NCBI RefSeq assembly: GCF_009914755.1
Contig: NC_060926.1
Direction: 5' to 3' (one strand)
Length of the DNA stretch: 64,000 bases
Source: the human T2T-CHM13v2.0 reference genome, Homo sapiens
The position numbers were made by a program, and so were the translations under genes. This document shows, in pieces, positions 1-14,690 of the stretch; within the stretch, counting starts at the first letter, position 1, and each line of letters starts with the position of its first letter. A model generated the notes under the pieces. The model saw nothing but the letters and a program-made list of their open reading frames with translations, was not told the DNA's origin and did no database searches.

Positions 1-669
1 TTTGGTCTATGCCTAGTGGCATTTCTGAGTTGCTGGCTTCTTCAGCTCCAATTCTGCAATATATGACGCAAAAAGAATACCCAAGGTATCACTACCATTT
101 TGTTCCTTGAGTCCTGAGGTCCCTAGGTGGTCTGCTTTCTCCTCTCTATCTTTCAGAGTCTTCTTCAGTTTGTTTTATAAATAATGTCCAGGGTTTTTAG
201 TTGTACTTATCAGGAGGAATACAGAAATTCCTATTTATTCCATCTTCTCACAAGCATTTTATGAACTTCCCTATTTCACTAAGGAGTTCTTCAGTAAGAA
301 TGCTGATGGTATCAGCTCCTAGTTGTGTATGAAAAGATACAGAAAGAAAGAGACAAGAGTTAAAAATGGCCAGTAGTCAAACCAAATATAAAGGGAGTAT
401 TAAGGGCCCAGGACTTCTTATGTTGGAAAATAAAACTTTCTATCTCCAGTCTCTCCAATTAAAATATAGCCTGGTAGCCACAGATAAGATCAAGGGTATA
501 AATACAAGATCCTTCATACAGGTCTTTGAAAGAACTAAAGTATAACTATTAGACCTTATCAGCAGGGCAGAGGGGTTTTGGAATTTTAGGGTCATGGTCT
601 TACAGAAACCTTTTCCCAAAGTAAAAATCTCTATATACAGAAGTATGCTTTATTATTATTATTTGTTTA

Positions 670-966
670 AGAGATGGGATCTCACTATGTTGCCCAAGCT
701 GGAATGCAGCGGCTATTCACAGGTGCAATCCCGTTACTGATCAGCACTGGAGTTGTGACCTGCTGTTTCTGACCTGGATTGGTTTACCCCTCCTTAGGCA
801 ACCTGGTGGTCCTCTGCTCCTTGGAGGTTACCATATTGATGCTGAAGTTAGTGCAGACACAAAATTGACATAGCACATTACAGTCCAGAACTCTTGAACT
901 CAAGTGATCCTCCTGCCTCAGCATCCAGAGCAGCTGGGACTATAGGCACACACCACCATGTCTGGT
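670..966 (-). pseudogene. Full-length 7SL (SRP) RNA retropseudogene
   Basis: Reverse complement follows 7SL end to end, including the S domain absent from Alu (CATCAATATGGTAACCTCC...GGACCACCAGGTTGCCTAAGGAGGGGTAAACC...GTGCTGATCAGTAACGGGATTGCACCTGTGAATAGCCGCTGCA). Degenerate A-rich tail at ~651-669. Confidence 0.92.
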
Positions 967-991
967 GAGAGGCATGTCTTAAAAACAATTA

Positions 992-1303
<312 letters not shown>

Positions 1304-1985
1304 CAATTATGATTGTGAGCTTTGGAGCATGACATAGACTATAATCAAATACATAGCACACACAATTTTTAAGTAAATTTTATAGGTAAAAAAGCTATTA
1401 GCATGCCCTTAAAAGGACTGAGAGTATTCGAATATGCAAAAAGACCTCTGGATCCCTAATTTGCCATTGGCAGAAAGCAGGTTAAGAAAGTTAGTCAGCT
1501 GCCAACATGAGCTACTTAAGATGTATCCAAAGGACGATGGAGAAGAAAAGGTGTCTCATAATATATTGCTCAGAATCTAGAGCCAAAACTCACAGGACAC
1601 AATGGAATACAGAGCCACTCCCAGAGACCTAAGCTGGGCCCCAATCAAGGAATATTCCCTTTCCCAGGAATAGAGGGATCTGATAACATGTGTCTAGAAG
1701 AATTTCAAAACTGCTCGGAACCAAGGACTGAAGTGTGCTAACTTTTCTCTTTTTGAATGGAAGTATTTATGTGATTTTCCACTCCTTATTTCACCACTAA
1801 ATATTGAGTGTATGAGGGACAGGTAACCTTTTTCACTTTATAGATTTGCATATCAGGACGTGCTGCCACATTGGTACCTGATACAGAACATGAAATTCTG
1901 AAGTATGAAACCATGACTGGACGAGAATTAGGGTGTCTTGCGGTAGAAGTGAATGTATTTGTATGTGAGTGTATGGGAAAAGACA

Positions 1986-2470
1986 TTTATTTTCTCATCA
2001 ATCACCAGATTCATGGCTGAGGCCCCTATAACAAAAGAAAGATCAATAGGAGAAAAGCATACAAATTTCTTTAATATAAGTTTAACATGACACAGGAGCT
2101 TTCAGAAATGTAGACTCAAATAAACAGGGAAGTTTGTATAATTTTATGCTATGTTTGATGAAGAAGTGGATAGCTGAGAAGTATGGAGAAAGGTGATGTG
2201 ACCTAACAGTAATAAACTGGAGGGAACTTAGCAAGGCTTGTTTGTTCAGATCCTTCTCTGTGACCCTGTGCCTTCAGAGATAAGGATGTTCCTTTCCTCC
2301 GAAAATAGGAAAGGAACCTCTGACAAGAGAGTCATATGATCTTCTTCAGGGGAAGGTCAGGAAATTAAGTTTTATGGTTGCTCCAGGAAAGAAAAATGAG
2401 GGGGAAGATGAGAGTGACCTTCCTGCTTCTGCTGTTTTCTCAAATGCCATGATATCATATTTTGGAGTAG
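1986..2470. mobile_element. ERV1-type LTR fragment (MER31/MER67-like, family uncertain)
   Basis: Resembles a recalled LTR consensus (CCCCTATAACAAAAGA...AGAAAAGCATACAAATTT...ATGACACAGGAGC); not verifiable by eye. Confidence 0.4.
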
Positions 2471-2520
2471 GAAGAGGGATCATAAGGAGGGATGTGAATA
2501 ATTGTGGCCAGAGAGTGGAC

Positions 2521-3056
2521 TGTGGTAGATTCTAAAAATGGCTACAATTCTTCAACCCTTTCTATATCCATGTCCTATGCAATGTGACTTTGCAGTTTCT
2601 CCCATTAAGCGGCGGAATCTATTTCTTCACTCCGTGAATTGAGCTGGCCTTATTTCTTGCTCTGGTTAATAGAATGCAGCAGCTGGATAACATGCAAGTT
2701 CTAAGTCTTGGCTTCACTGTTGCTCATTCTCCTAGGCACTGCCATCATGAAAATAAGCCCAGACTACTCTTCTGGATAATAAGTGATACATAGTCTAGTT
2801 ACCTTTGTTGCCTTAGCTAATAGCTAGCCAGTCACCAGACATGCAAGTGAAGCTATAATAAATAAGCCAGCCCCTGGCCATTCTGTCAGCTGAATAAAGG
2901 GATTAGCCAAGATCAGTTGATACTGGGCCAGATCAGCAGAACTGCCCAGCTGACTAATAGGTTCATGAGCAATGATAAATACTATTGTTTTATGCCACTG
3001 AATTTGAGATTGGTTTGTTAAATATACAGCATTATTGTGACAATAGATAACAGACA
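2521..3056 (+). mobile_element. MLT1-family MaLR LTR
   Basis: TGTGGTAGATT...AAAAATGGCTACAATTC start and TTTTATGCCACTGAATTT...CAATAGATAACAGACA end; purine-rich tract just upstream. Confidence 0.6.
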
Positions 3057-3303
3057 TATATGGAGTACTGAAGTAGCGGTCCAACTGGCTTCCCTTGACT
3101 GCATTTCTGCCTCCTTCAATTTCTTCTCCATACTGCTGTAACAGTGATCTTTCTAAAGTGCAGATCTGATAATGAGTTTCCCTATTTAAAATTATTCAGT
3201 GGCTCCCCAGGTTTTTCAAGATAAAGGTTATGTTTAGTCTCATACAATCATTTTTTTAACCTTTAAGCTCTGTTGGGCTTGACAATAATCTAGTCTTAGC
3301 TAA

Positions 3304-3643
<340 letters not shown>

Positions 3644-3986
3644 TCACCTTGTGCTTAAATTCAAAGTTCTCTGAATTCTGATGGGTCTAGAGTGAGCTTG
3701 GGTATGGTTGTTTTAAAATATGTCTACAAGAGTTTGGTACTCTTCCCCTCAAGAGGTAGAGCCTCTTCAAAAGGTAGAGGCTAATTCTTCTCCCCTTGAG
3801 TGGACTTAATGACCAGGTTTTAATTAGTTCCTCTTCTCCCCATCCCTATGTAATCACTAATCTAACTTCTGAATCTATAGATACTCAATTTTTAGAGCAC
3901 TTATATAAATGGACTCATAAAATATGTAGTCTTTTGCGACTAGCTTCCTTCACTTAGCATGTTTTCATAGTTCATCCATGTCGTAG

Positions 3987-4265
<279 letters not shown>

Positions 4266-4713
4266 TAAATAGTACTGTTATAAACATTTATGAACAAGTT
4301 GCTGTGTGGTTGTATGTTTTCATTTCTGTTGAATATATACCAAAGAGTAGAATTGCTGGGTCACATGATAAATCTACATTTAACATTTTGAAAACTATCA
4401 AACTGCTTTCTAAAGCCACTACACCATTCTTATGAGCAATGCATGAATACCCAACTTTTGTTGACATTTTTTATTATCTGTCTTTTTACTATGACCATCC
4501 TGGTAGATATAACGTGGTATCTCTTATGGTTTTCATTTGCATTTCCCTAGTGGCTAATGGTGTTGAGCATCTTCTCATGTGCTTATTGTTTATTTGTATA
4601 TCTTCTGTGAAATGTCTATTCAGATCCTTTACCCCTTTAAAAAATTGGGTTGTCTTTTTATTACTGAGTAGTAAGAGTGGTTTTTATACTTTGGATATAA
4701 ATCCTTCAACCAA

Positions 4714-5124
4714 TGGTATAGTTTGGATGTTTGTCCCCTCCAAATCTCATGTTGAGATGTGTTCCCCGATGCTGGAGGGGGGACCTAATGGAAGGTGTTT
4801 GGGTCATGGGAGCAAATCTCTAGCCAATAGCTTGGTGCCCTCCCTATGGTAATCAGTGGTTGTAGGCTCACATGAGATCTTGTTGTTAAAAAGAGCCTAG
4901 CACCTCTTCCCTTCTCTCTTGCTACCTCTCTTACCATGTGACATGCCAGCTCCTTTTCTCTTCTGCCATGGGTAAAATCTTCCTGAGGCCTCACCAAAAG
5001 CAGATGATGGTGCCATGCTTCTTTTATAACCTGCAGAACTGTGAGCCAAATAAACCTCCTCCTTTGTTTATAAATTACTCAATCTCTGGTATTCCTTTAC
5101 AGCAATATAAAATGGACTAACACA
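4714..5124 (+). mobile_element. MSTB-like MaLR solo LTR nested in L1
   Basis: TGGTATAGTTTGGATGTTTGTCCCCTCCAAATCTCATGTTGA start, AATGGACTAACACA end; TSD ACCAA/ACCAG. Confidence 0.8.
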
Positions 5125-6559
5125 ACCAGTATGTTATTTCCAAACATTTTCTCTCATTCTGTGGGCTGTCTTTTCATTTTCTATTGGTGTTCTTTGAAGC
5201 ACTAAACTTTTTCTAATTAGATAAAAGTGCGATTTGCCTCTTTTTTTTTTTTAATCTTGTGCTTTTGGTGCGATATATGAGAAGGCTTTGGCTAAGCTAA
5301 AGTCATGAAGGTTTACTTCTATTTTTTTCTTCTAAAAATTTTATAGTTTTAGCTCATATATTTAGTTCTACACCCCCTTTTGAGTTTTGAATGCTTAAAG
5401 AAGGGATCCAACTCCTTTTTTTGCATGTGTCTATCCATTTGACCCTGTACCACTTGTTAAAAGGCTTTTTTTCCCCATTGAATTATCTTGGCACTTTTGT
5501 TGAAAAACATTTGACCGTAAATTTAGGGTCTATTTCTAGACTCTCGATCCTATTTTACTGTTTTACATGCCTATCCTCATACCAATATGCACTGTCTTGA
5601 TTATTGTAGCTCTGTAGTAAGTACTGAAATGGGGAAATGTGAGCCCTCCAACTTTGATCATTTTTTTCAAGATTGTTTTGGCTATTCTGGGTCCCTTGCA
5701 TTTCCATACACATCTTAGGATCAGCTTAAACATTTTTGCAAAAGAGGCAGCTGGAATTGTGATACAAATGGCATTGAATCTGTAGATCAATTTGAAAAGA
5801 ACTGTCATCTTAACAATAAGTCTTCTGATCCATGAATATGGGAGATCTTTCCATTTCCTCCCATTTAATATGGGAGGTCTTTTCAAATTTCTTTGAATAA
5901 TGTTTTGTAGCTTTCACTATATAATTTTGCATTTCTTTAAATTTATTCCTAAGTATCTTTTGATGCTAATGTAAATGGAATTGTTGTATTTTTATTGCTA
6001 GCATATACAAACATGACTGTTGTATTGATTTTGCATCCTGCTGAACCTGTGTATTATTTATAATAATTTTTTAGTGGATTCCTTAGGATTTTCTATATTC
6101 AAGATCATGTCATCTGCATGGCTTTACTTCTTCCTTCCCAATCTACACAGCTTTTATTTCTTTTTCTTGCCTAATTGCCTTGGGTAGAACTTCCAGGATG
6201 ATATTGATTAGAAGTAGCAAGAGTAAACATCTTTATTTTTTTCCTATTCTTAGGGGGAAAACATTCAGTCATTTATCGTTAAGTATGTTAGTTGGGTTTT
6301 TCATAATGCCCTTTATTAGGCTGAGGAAGTTCCCTTCAACTCTTAGTTTGTTGAGTGTTTTTAATCATGAGTGTTAGATTTTGTCAAATGCTTTTTCTGT
6401 GCCCATTAAGATGATTATGTCATTTTTGTTTTTTATTATATTGATATGGTATATAATGTTAATAGATTTTCAGAGATTAAAAACCAACTTTGCATTCCTG
6501 GGATAATCCCACATTTTTATGGTGTATAATTCTTTTCATATGTTGCTGGATTTGGCTTG

Positions 6560-6915
6560 TGTATTAGTCCATTCTTGCACTGCTATAAATAAATACACAA
6601 GACTGGGTAATTTATAAAGGAAAGAGGTTTAATTGACTCATAGTTCTGCATGGCTGCAGAGGGCTCAGGAAACTTATAATCATGGCAGAAGGGAAAGCAG
6701 CCACCTGCTTCACAAGGCAGCAGAAGTGAGAGAAGTGTGTGAAGGAAGAACTGTCAAACACTTATAAAACCATAAGATCTCGTGAGAACTCACTCACTAT
6801 CACAAGAACACCATGGAGGAACCGCCCCTGTGATCCAATCACCTCCTTCCCTTGACATGTGGGGATTATAATTTGAGATGAGATTTAGGTGAGGACACAG
6901 AGCCAAACCATATCA
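6560..6915 (-). mobile_element. MSTA/THE1D-like MaLR solo LTR nested in L1
   Basis: TGTATTAGTCC...CCAAACCATATCA termini; exact 5-bp TSD GCTTG (6555-6559, 6916-6920). Confidence 0.85.
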
Positions 6916-7516
6916 GCTTGTTAATATTTTGTTAAGGATTTGCTGTATTTTGAATTGATTCAATTTTTTCTACCCTTTAACATTGAGTAAAGTACAATAT
7001 ATGCAAGTATTTTTAGCTAATTATTGCATTTGAGGATTCATTGAGTGGTAAAGATAATCTGTAAGGTCTTGACATGTAGTGATTTGCATTTTGAGGAAGT
7101 AGGTGTCTAATAAATTATATACCACAGGAACAGGGTACATGGTGTTGCTTAGCTGGTGAAACTAGCCAAAGAATAAGCTTTCAAATCCCCAAATGGCTCT
7201 ATTCTCTAATTTTTATTTTATCAAGCACTTTGGGGGCCAAATTACATGCTAGAGTGGCATACCTCATATGAAGCCTGTTCCTCTCAAGGCCCAGTTTTGG
7301 CAAACAAGCTTATTAAAACACAAAAAAATACCTATTCAAAACCAAGAATAATTTTTTAAAACTAAAACTTTTCAATCTCTTAAAGAACATCAAATGGGAT
7401 CCAATTAAAATCTCACAGAACTTCTCAAAATCATTTCCCCACTCCTCTCCCTCTCAACTGCTCACAGAAAGCCACATTTAAGGGCTTTTGCTGCTCGCCC
7501 ACCCCCACCCCCCCGC

Positions 7517-8230
<714 letters not shown>

Positions 8231-8949
8231 CTTTTAATGCTGTCCTTTCCATTGTAAATTAGCCTTTCTCAGATTCCTTCCAATTTTGCAACTTTTCTAT
8301 TATATTGAATAGCATTAAAAAGGTCTGAGAGCTCAGCAGGATCCCTTGAGAACTCTCAAGAGTCCAGAGGTGAGCTATAGCCTTTTGGACACTATAAGCA
8401 TTAATATAATCCCTGTGCAGAACCCTATCAGTTAGAGAAGAGAAAACTCACACAACTGATTAGAGTAACTTTGTATATGTAAGACCTCTTTCCGGGATGG
8501 AAAACCAGCTCTGAGAAAAGGGAGAATGCTTGGCCATCTGTGCCAGTGTTGTTAGAAAAGTAGTGATTTACAAAATCGGTCTCCTAGAAGACAGAGGGGA
8601 TGGAGACAGAAAACAGGTATTACAGTAATATCAAGGGGACCTGTGAGAAGGAATTGCAACGGCAATGACTTGCCATAAATGACATACATACCTCAGCTAA
8701 TCAATTGAGAGCTGTTACTTTCTCTGGAGGTGTCTCCTACAGGGCTGTACAAATCCCTTGACTGTAAGGAAACATTTGTGCTTACTTTAGTCTGTTTCTT
8801 TACTCTACTCTTTAAATTCTTACTTGTATTTCTCAAAGACCTTAATTATCTTAGCGATACTGAGACAACTTTGTGGCATTTAATATTTGCTACAATTTTC
8901 CTTATAAAACACATTCTCCACTCTCTTCAATAAGAATAGATTTCATTAA

Positions 8950-9280
<331 letters not shown>

Positions 9281-9904
9281 CTAAAAACAAGACCACAAAT
9301 CAAAAGCTGCATTTGCAATTCATGTACATGTTTGGACTTTTAGATAACATTTCAGCAATCCTCTATCTAACAATGGAAAGTAACATGTTTGCAATTGGCA
9401 AAACAGAGTGACGTCAGGTTGCCTAAATGTCATTATATACTAATTATTGTATAACTAACCTCTACTTGTTTTTAACCAGTTATTTTAGAAAGCGGCAGAT
9501 TTCCTTAGTAATTAATTGAATAATTTTTGATTGATAACAATATTTTGATGTCAGATGGAATGCAACAATTTAGACCAGAGTAGGTTAGCATACTAAGTCA
9601 CCAAGTCTATACATATATATAAATCATATTTTATCATTTGCTCATTTATGTTCCTACTCCAAGCCATTTGTTATTATTTGCATATGTAGACCAAAGAAAA
9701 CAGTATGTGTGCTTAAATACACATATATAAACTCCGAACAATTATATATAAAGTGCTTAGATTTCTGGCCTATAGTAAACCCTCAACAAATGTTGGCTGT
9801 AGTTTTTTGTAATTTTCATTAATTATTCTCTTTACAGTGCTTTGTCTCACAAGTACTTGGATCTCATCCTCGCTCGCACACATTTCCCTGTTTTGTTTGT
9901 TTTT

Positions 9905-10190
9905 GGTTTATTTTTTGAGACAGGGTCTGCTTCTGTTGCCCAGGCTGGAGTGCAGTGGTGGGATCACAACTCATTGCAGCATACAACTCCTGGGCTCAAG
10001 CGATCCAATCTCCCATCTCAGCCCTCCCAGTAGCTTGGACTATAGGCATGCACCACCACGCCCGGCTAATTAAAAAAAAAAATTTAGTAGAGACAAGGCC
10101 TCCCTATGTTGCCCAGGCTGGTTTCAAACTGCTGGACTCAAGTGATCCTCCGCCTCGGCCTCCCACAGTGCTGGGAGTACAGGCCTGAGC
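9905..10190 (-). mobile_element. AluJ element
   Basis: Diverged antisense Alu dimer. Confidence 0.85.
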
Positions 10191-10619
10191 ATACATTTCG
10201 CCAAATCTTATTCCTACTCAACTGGCCACAGATAGTTGCTGGACACACATGACTTTCCTACACTGTTTAGTTTTTGAAAACCTCCAAATAGCAAAACACC
10301 AAGTAAAGCGTACTGCCTCGCCCCGTTTTTTTCCTGTCCTAGATCATGTACCCTGTTCCCAAACAGAGATGAATTAGCTTCATATCTAACCACAAATTCT
10401 CCATGAGCACAGAGATCTTCGTATATCTATAATAATTGTACTCAGGAAACTCAAGGTATGAGGAGAGAGATTCCCTTCCTTCGGGGCTTGTAGGAGACTT
10501 CCCACGGAATCTTCTTTGGGAATGTCTCCCTTTTAAGCCCTGAAAGACCAGATAAATCTCAGGTGAACCTAGAGAAACAGGGAGCTTCGTATACTCAAAA
10601 GTCTATACACTACGTATTA

Positions 10620-11600
10620 TTGAACGGCGACCTGCGGCCGCCCCTGCTGCTGCGCATGCTCCATAACTGCCGCTTGCTATAGCTGGGAGTACTGTATTAT
10701 CTCTTTGCTCTTCGCCGGCTCTTCCCCAGACTTCTGTTCGAACTTCCCGGCCGCGGCAGAACCCACCAATCACAAACGCCCTTCCTCAAGCCACGCCCAC
10801 CGTCTTCTCCGGGATCCCAAGACCGATTTCGCCCACACCCCTCCCTTCCTTTCCTTACGCACGCTGCGCGCGGACGTCGGCCTCTGACGTCGTCGCCTCA
10901 GCGCCGGCTCCCGGCCGGGCCGCGGCCGCCGACCGTTGAGCCGCCGGCTGAGCCGCCTGCTGAAGTCCCTCCCTCAGGAACCCCTCCGCCACCCTCCACC
11001 TCCGAACCGCTCTCGCGGCGGCGACCCATGTGGGGGTTCAGGCTCCTGCGGTCGCCGCCGTTGCTGCTCCTGCTGCCGCAGCTCGGAATCGGAAACGCCT
11101 CGTCCTGCTCTCAGGCCAGAACCATGAACCCGGGCGGCAGCGGCGGCGCGCGATGCTCCCTCTCGGCCGAGGTGCGCCGCCGTCAGTGCCTGCAGCTTTC
11201 CACCGTGCCTGGAGCCGATCCGCAGCGCAGCAACGAATTGCTCCTGTTGGCGGCGGCCGGGGAGGGACTGGAGCGGCAGGACCTCCCCGGGGACCCAGCG
11301 AAGGAGGAGCCGCAGCCGCCGCCCCAGCATCACGTCCTCTATTTCCCTGGGGATGTGCAGGTAACTCGGGGCCTGCCTGGGTATCTGTTCCTTCCTCTCG
11401 TGTATACGTACGCGGTCACTGATTCTTCCCTCGTGGCTGCTGCCTGGTTCCTTTCCTTGCCTGAACACACCCACACATTCACTGAGGGTGGCTCTTCCTC
11501 TACTCCACGAAATCCAAAACCGTGCCTTCCACGCCCTTGGCGCCCTTTGTCCATAGAACCCCATGGGGAAGGTGTCCGACGAGGGCTACGATCTCGAAAG
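10620..11600 (+). promoter_or_regulatory. C2orf69: CpG island promoter / exon 1 region of C2orf69
   Basis: Dense CpG. NRF1-like TGCGCATGC at 10651, CCAATCA (NF-Y) at 10766, CRE-like TGACGTCG at 10885; no obvious TATA box. Confidence 0.85.
11028..11360 (+). CDS. C2orf69: C2orf69 (UPF0565 mitochondrial protein), coding exon 1, aa 1-111
   Basis: MWGFRLLRSPPLLLLLPQLG...HHVLYFPGDVQ ends at donor CAG|GTAACT; 333 nt, phase 0. Confidence 0.95.
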
Positions 11601-11997
11601 AGCCAGCTGTCGGTCCAGGTTTCCAAGAGGCGGAATTTGAGACAGGGAGTGACACGCATCTTGTATATTTATTCTATAATTTGGTTTCTCAGAGGACCGT
11701 GTGTGTGTGTTGGGCAGGGGACAGAGCGATGGCTTTCAAATTAAGTTAGCACGTAGTGTTTAGAAAACGGTGGCAGTAATTAAAAACCAAACAAACATTA
11801 CAAAGGTATGACATCCAGTAACCCTAAAAAAGAGTGGGGATGGGTGGAAGAAAAGGGACAATAATTATTAAGCATGTCAATGTTTTGATGCTCACCTCTT
11901 TTGTACTTTTGCTTTTGCATGTTATGTTTATTATTTTATAGCTGCAGGTAAATATCCGTGGTTATGTTGCCCTGAAAACTGGGTCTTAATCTAACGT

Positions 11998-12201
11998 TGC
12001 ATTATCTAATATGGTAGCCATTAGCCATATATGGCTATCTGAATTAATTAAAATTAAATAAAACTAAAAATCCAGTTATTCATATTAGCTGCATTTCAAG
12101 TGCTCAGTAGCTACAGATGGCTTGCGTGTGCTGTATTGGACAGCACAGATATATAGCATTATCATAGAAAATAATCCATCATCATAGAAAGTTCTAGACA
12201 G
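11998..12201 (+). mobile_element. MER3 (hAT-Charlie) element
   Basis: ATGGTAGCCATTAGCCATATATGGCTA...CATTTCAAGTGCTCAGTAGC...TATTGGACAGCACAGAT...TCCATCATCATAGAAAGTTCTA. Confidence 0.75.
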
Positions 12202-12234
12202 GTAAAGCTAGACTATAGCTAGGTATGTTTCTCT

Positions 12235-12560
<326 letters not shown>

Positions 12561-12632
12561 TAGTTTATTTTCAAAATTGGTGCCTTAAAATGACATACTT
12601 AGAAACTGTGCTCTGAGTCAGATAATGATTAA

Positions 12633-13266
12633 GATATAGATATAGATATATAGATATAGATATAGATATTCTCTTTTTTTTTCCAGTTTTTATTAGCAGT
12701 CAACTAAACCAGTCAGTTATTTTGAGGGCAAAAGAAAATAATATATATTATTTTATATATATATTATATATATAATTATATATATTCTATATAATATATA
12801 ATATATTATATATAATATATATTATAATATATATAATATATATATTATATAAAATATATTCTATAGAATATATATTCTATTATATAATATATATTCTATT
12901 ATAATATATATTATATATAATATATATTCTATTATAATATATATTATATATAATATATATTCTATTATAATATATATTATATATAATATATTCTATTATG
13001 ATATATAATATATAATAACATATATTATATATAATATATATTCTATTATATAAAATATATATTCTATTATATAAAATATATATTATATAAAATATATATA
13101 TTATATTATATAAAATATATATTATACTATATATAAAATATTATACTATATAATATATATAAAATATATATATATTTTTATAATATGTATTATTTTCTTT
13201 TGCCCTCAAAATAATTGACTGGTTTAGTTGACTGCTAATAAAAACTGGAGAAAAAAAAAGAGAATA
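12633..13266. repeat. (GATATA)n tract followed by a long inverted repeat enclosing an AT-rich low-complexity spacer (palindromic AT-rich repeat-like)
   Basis: Arms 12667-12750 and 13181-13266 are reverse complements; core 12683-12743 / 13188-13248 matches 60/61. Spacer 12751-13180 is almost all A/T. Confidence 0.93.
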
Positions 13267-13434
13267 AAGAAAAAAACAACTACTACTTAGATTTAAGAGA
13301 AAAAAAAGCCACTTACTTACTTGGTGCCCTTGTGGCTCAGATTGGGAAAATAACATGTGACATTTCCGACTATGACTGCCAGAATAATTTTGTGGAACAA
13401 TTACTGCATGCATTCCTAAAATAATGATGATGAT

Positions 13435-14690
13435 AATGATTACATTTATTGAGCACCTCCTAAGTGTTTTTAAAGTGTGCCAGCCAGGATATATAGTACA
13501 AGTCTTCAGAGGAAGTCTAAAAAGTCTTACATACAGTTTGAGGCCAGATTGCCTGGGTTTGAACCCTGATTTAGAACTTTTTAGGTATAAAGTCCCTGGA
13601 CAATTGTTACATCTCTCTGTGTTTCAGCTACTTCAACTACAAAATAAGAATAATAGTTTATAAGGTGTCAATGGAGATTAAATGTGTGGATACTAAATGA
13701 GTTCTGGTCCCTTCTTATCTCTCTGGTGACTTTAAAAATTATTGGAGTATCCTAGTCATCTGTTCTTCCATGTTTCCTCTGTCTGTGTTCACTCCCTTCA
13801 GTCTCATGGCTTTACTCACTACCTGTACACTGACACCCCTCAACATTTATGTATCTAGCCTACACATATTCCCCAAACTTTAGGCCAACCAATTATATGC
13901 ACGATTATTTCCTTTTGGATATTTAATAGATATCCTAAACCTAAAATCTCTGGATCTTTACCCCTATGCAGTCTTCCTCATGTCATTAATGGAAACTTTA
14001 CCTTCTTAGTTGCTCAAGATAGAAATCTTGAAGTCATCCATTAGAACTGTCTTTCATACCTCATTTCATCAAATCTAGTGGTTTTACCTTTTCAGTGTAT
14101 CTAAAGTAATCAGAATAACCATTGAAAAATGTAAGTCAAATCATTCCACGTCTGCTCAAAACTGTGCAGTCACTTCCCATGTCACTCAGAGTAAGAGCCA
14201 GAGTCCTTCCTGTTAATATCCTGTCCTGCAAGGCTTTTCATTATTTCTATCTTTTCCCACCCTGTTACCTATCTGACTTGGTCTCCTTTTTCTGTTTACT
14301 CTTCTCCAGCCTCTCTGGCTTTCTTGGTGTTGCTCAAACATGTCAGGCACACTATACCTAAAAAGCTTTCTGTATACTGCCTGGAACAGCCTTCCAAGTA
14401 GATGACTTGTAGGTTTATTACCTCACCTCTTCCAGGTCTGCTCAAGACTCTGCCTCTCTGAGGCCTTTTCTGACCATCCTGTTTAATAATCATAGTATAT
14501 ATAGGCTTCCTATCAACTTTTCTTCTTTATTATTACCCATTGCATTTACTATACTAGTTTTCGTTTTGAGTTTTGTTTGCCTTCTGCCACTAAAATATAA
14601 GCTTACGTTTGTTCACCGATATAATCTGCGATGCTTGAGAGTTGCATGTTTTAGGTGTGCAGTAGATGACTTGTATAAATGAGTATTTTT
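13435..14690. mobile_element. MIR fragments (~13435-13700) and L2 fragments (~13740-14690)
   Basis: MIR core (CCTGGGTTTGAACCCTG...TCTCTGTGTTTCAG); L2 motifs (CTGCTCAAAACT...CTCAGAGTAAGAGCC...TACTGCCTGGAAC). Confidence 0.6.

Noticed and set aside
10974-11564. 196-aa antisense ORF and other ORFs over the C2orf69 CpG island
   Set aside because: Stop-poor GC-rich sequence; no recognisable domain.
11361-11744. C-terminal half of the 238-aa ORF
   Set aside because: Continues past a consensus donor (CAG|GTAACT) into intron 1; no coding hallmarks.
12751-13180. Repeated TATATTCTATTATAATA units as a possible CRISPR-like or coding array
   Set aside because: No unique spacers; it is a degenerate AT minisatellite in eukaryotic DNA.
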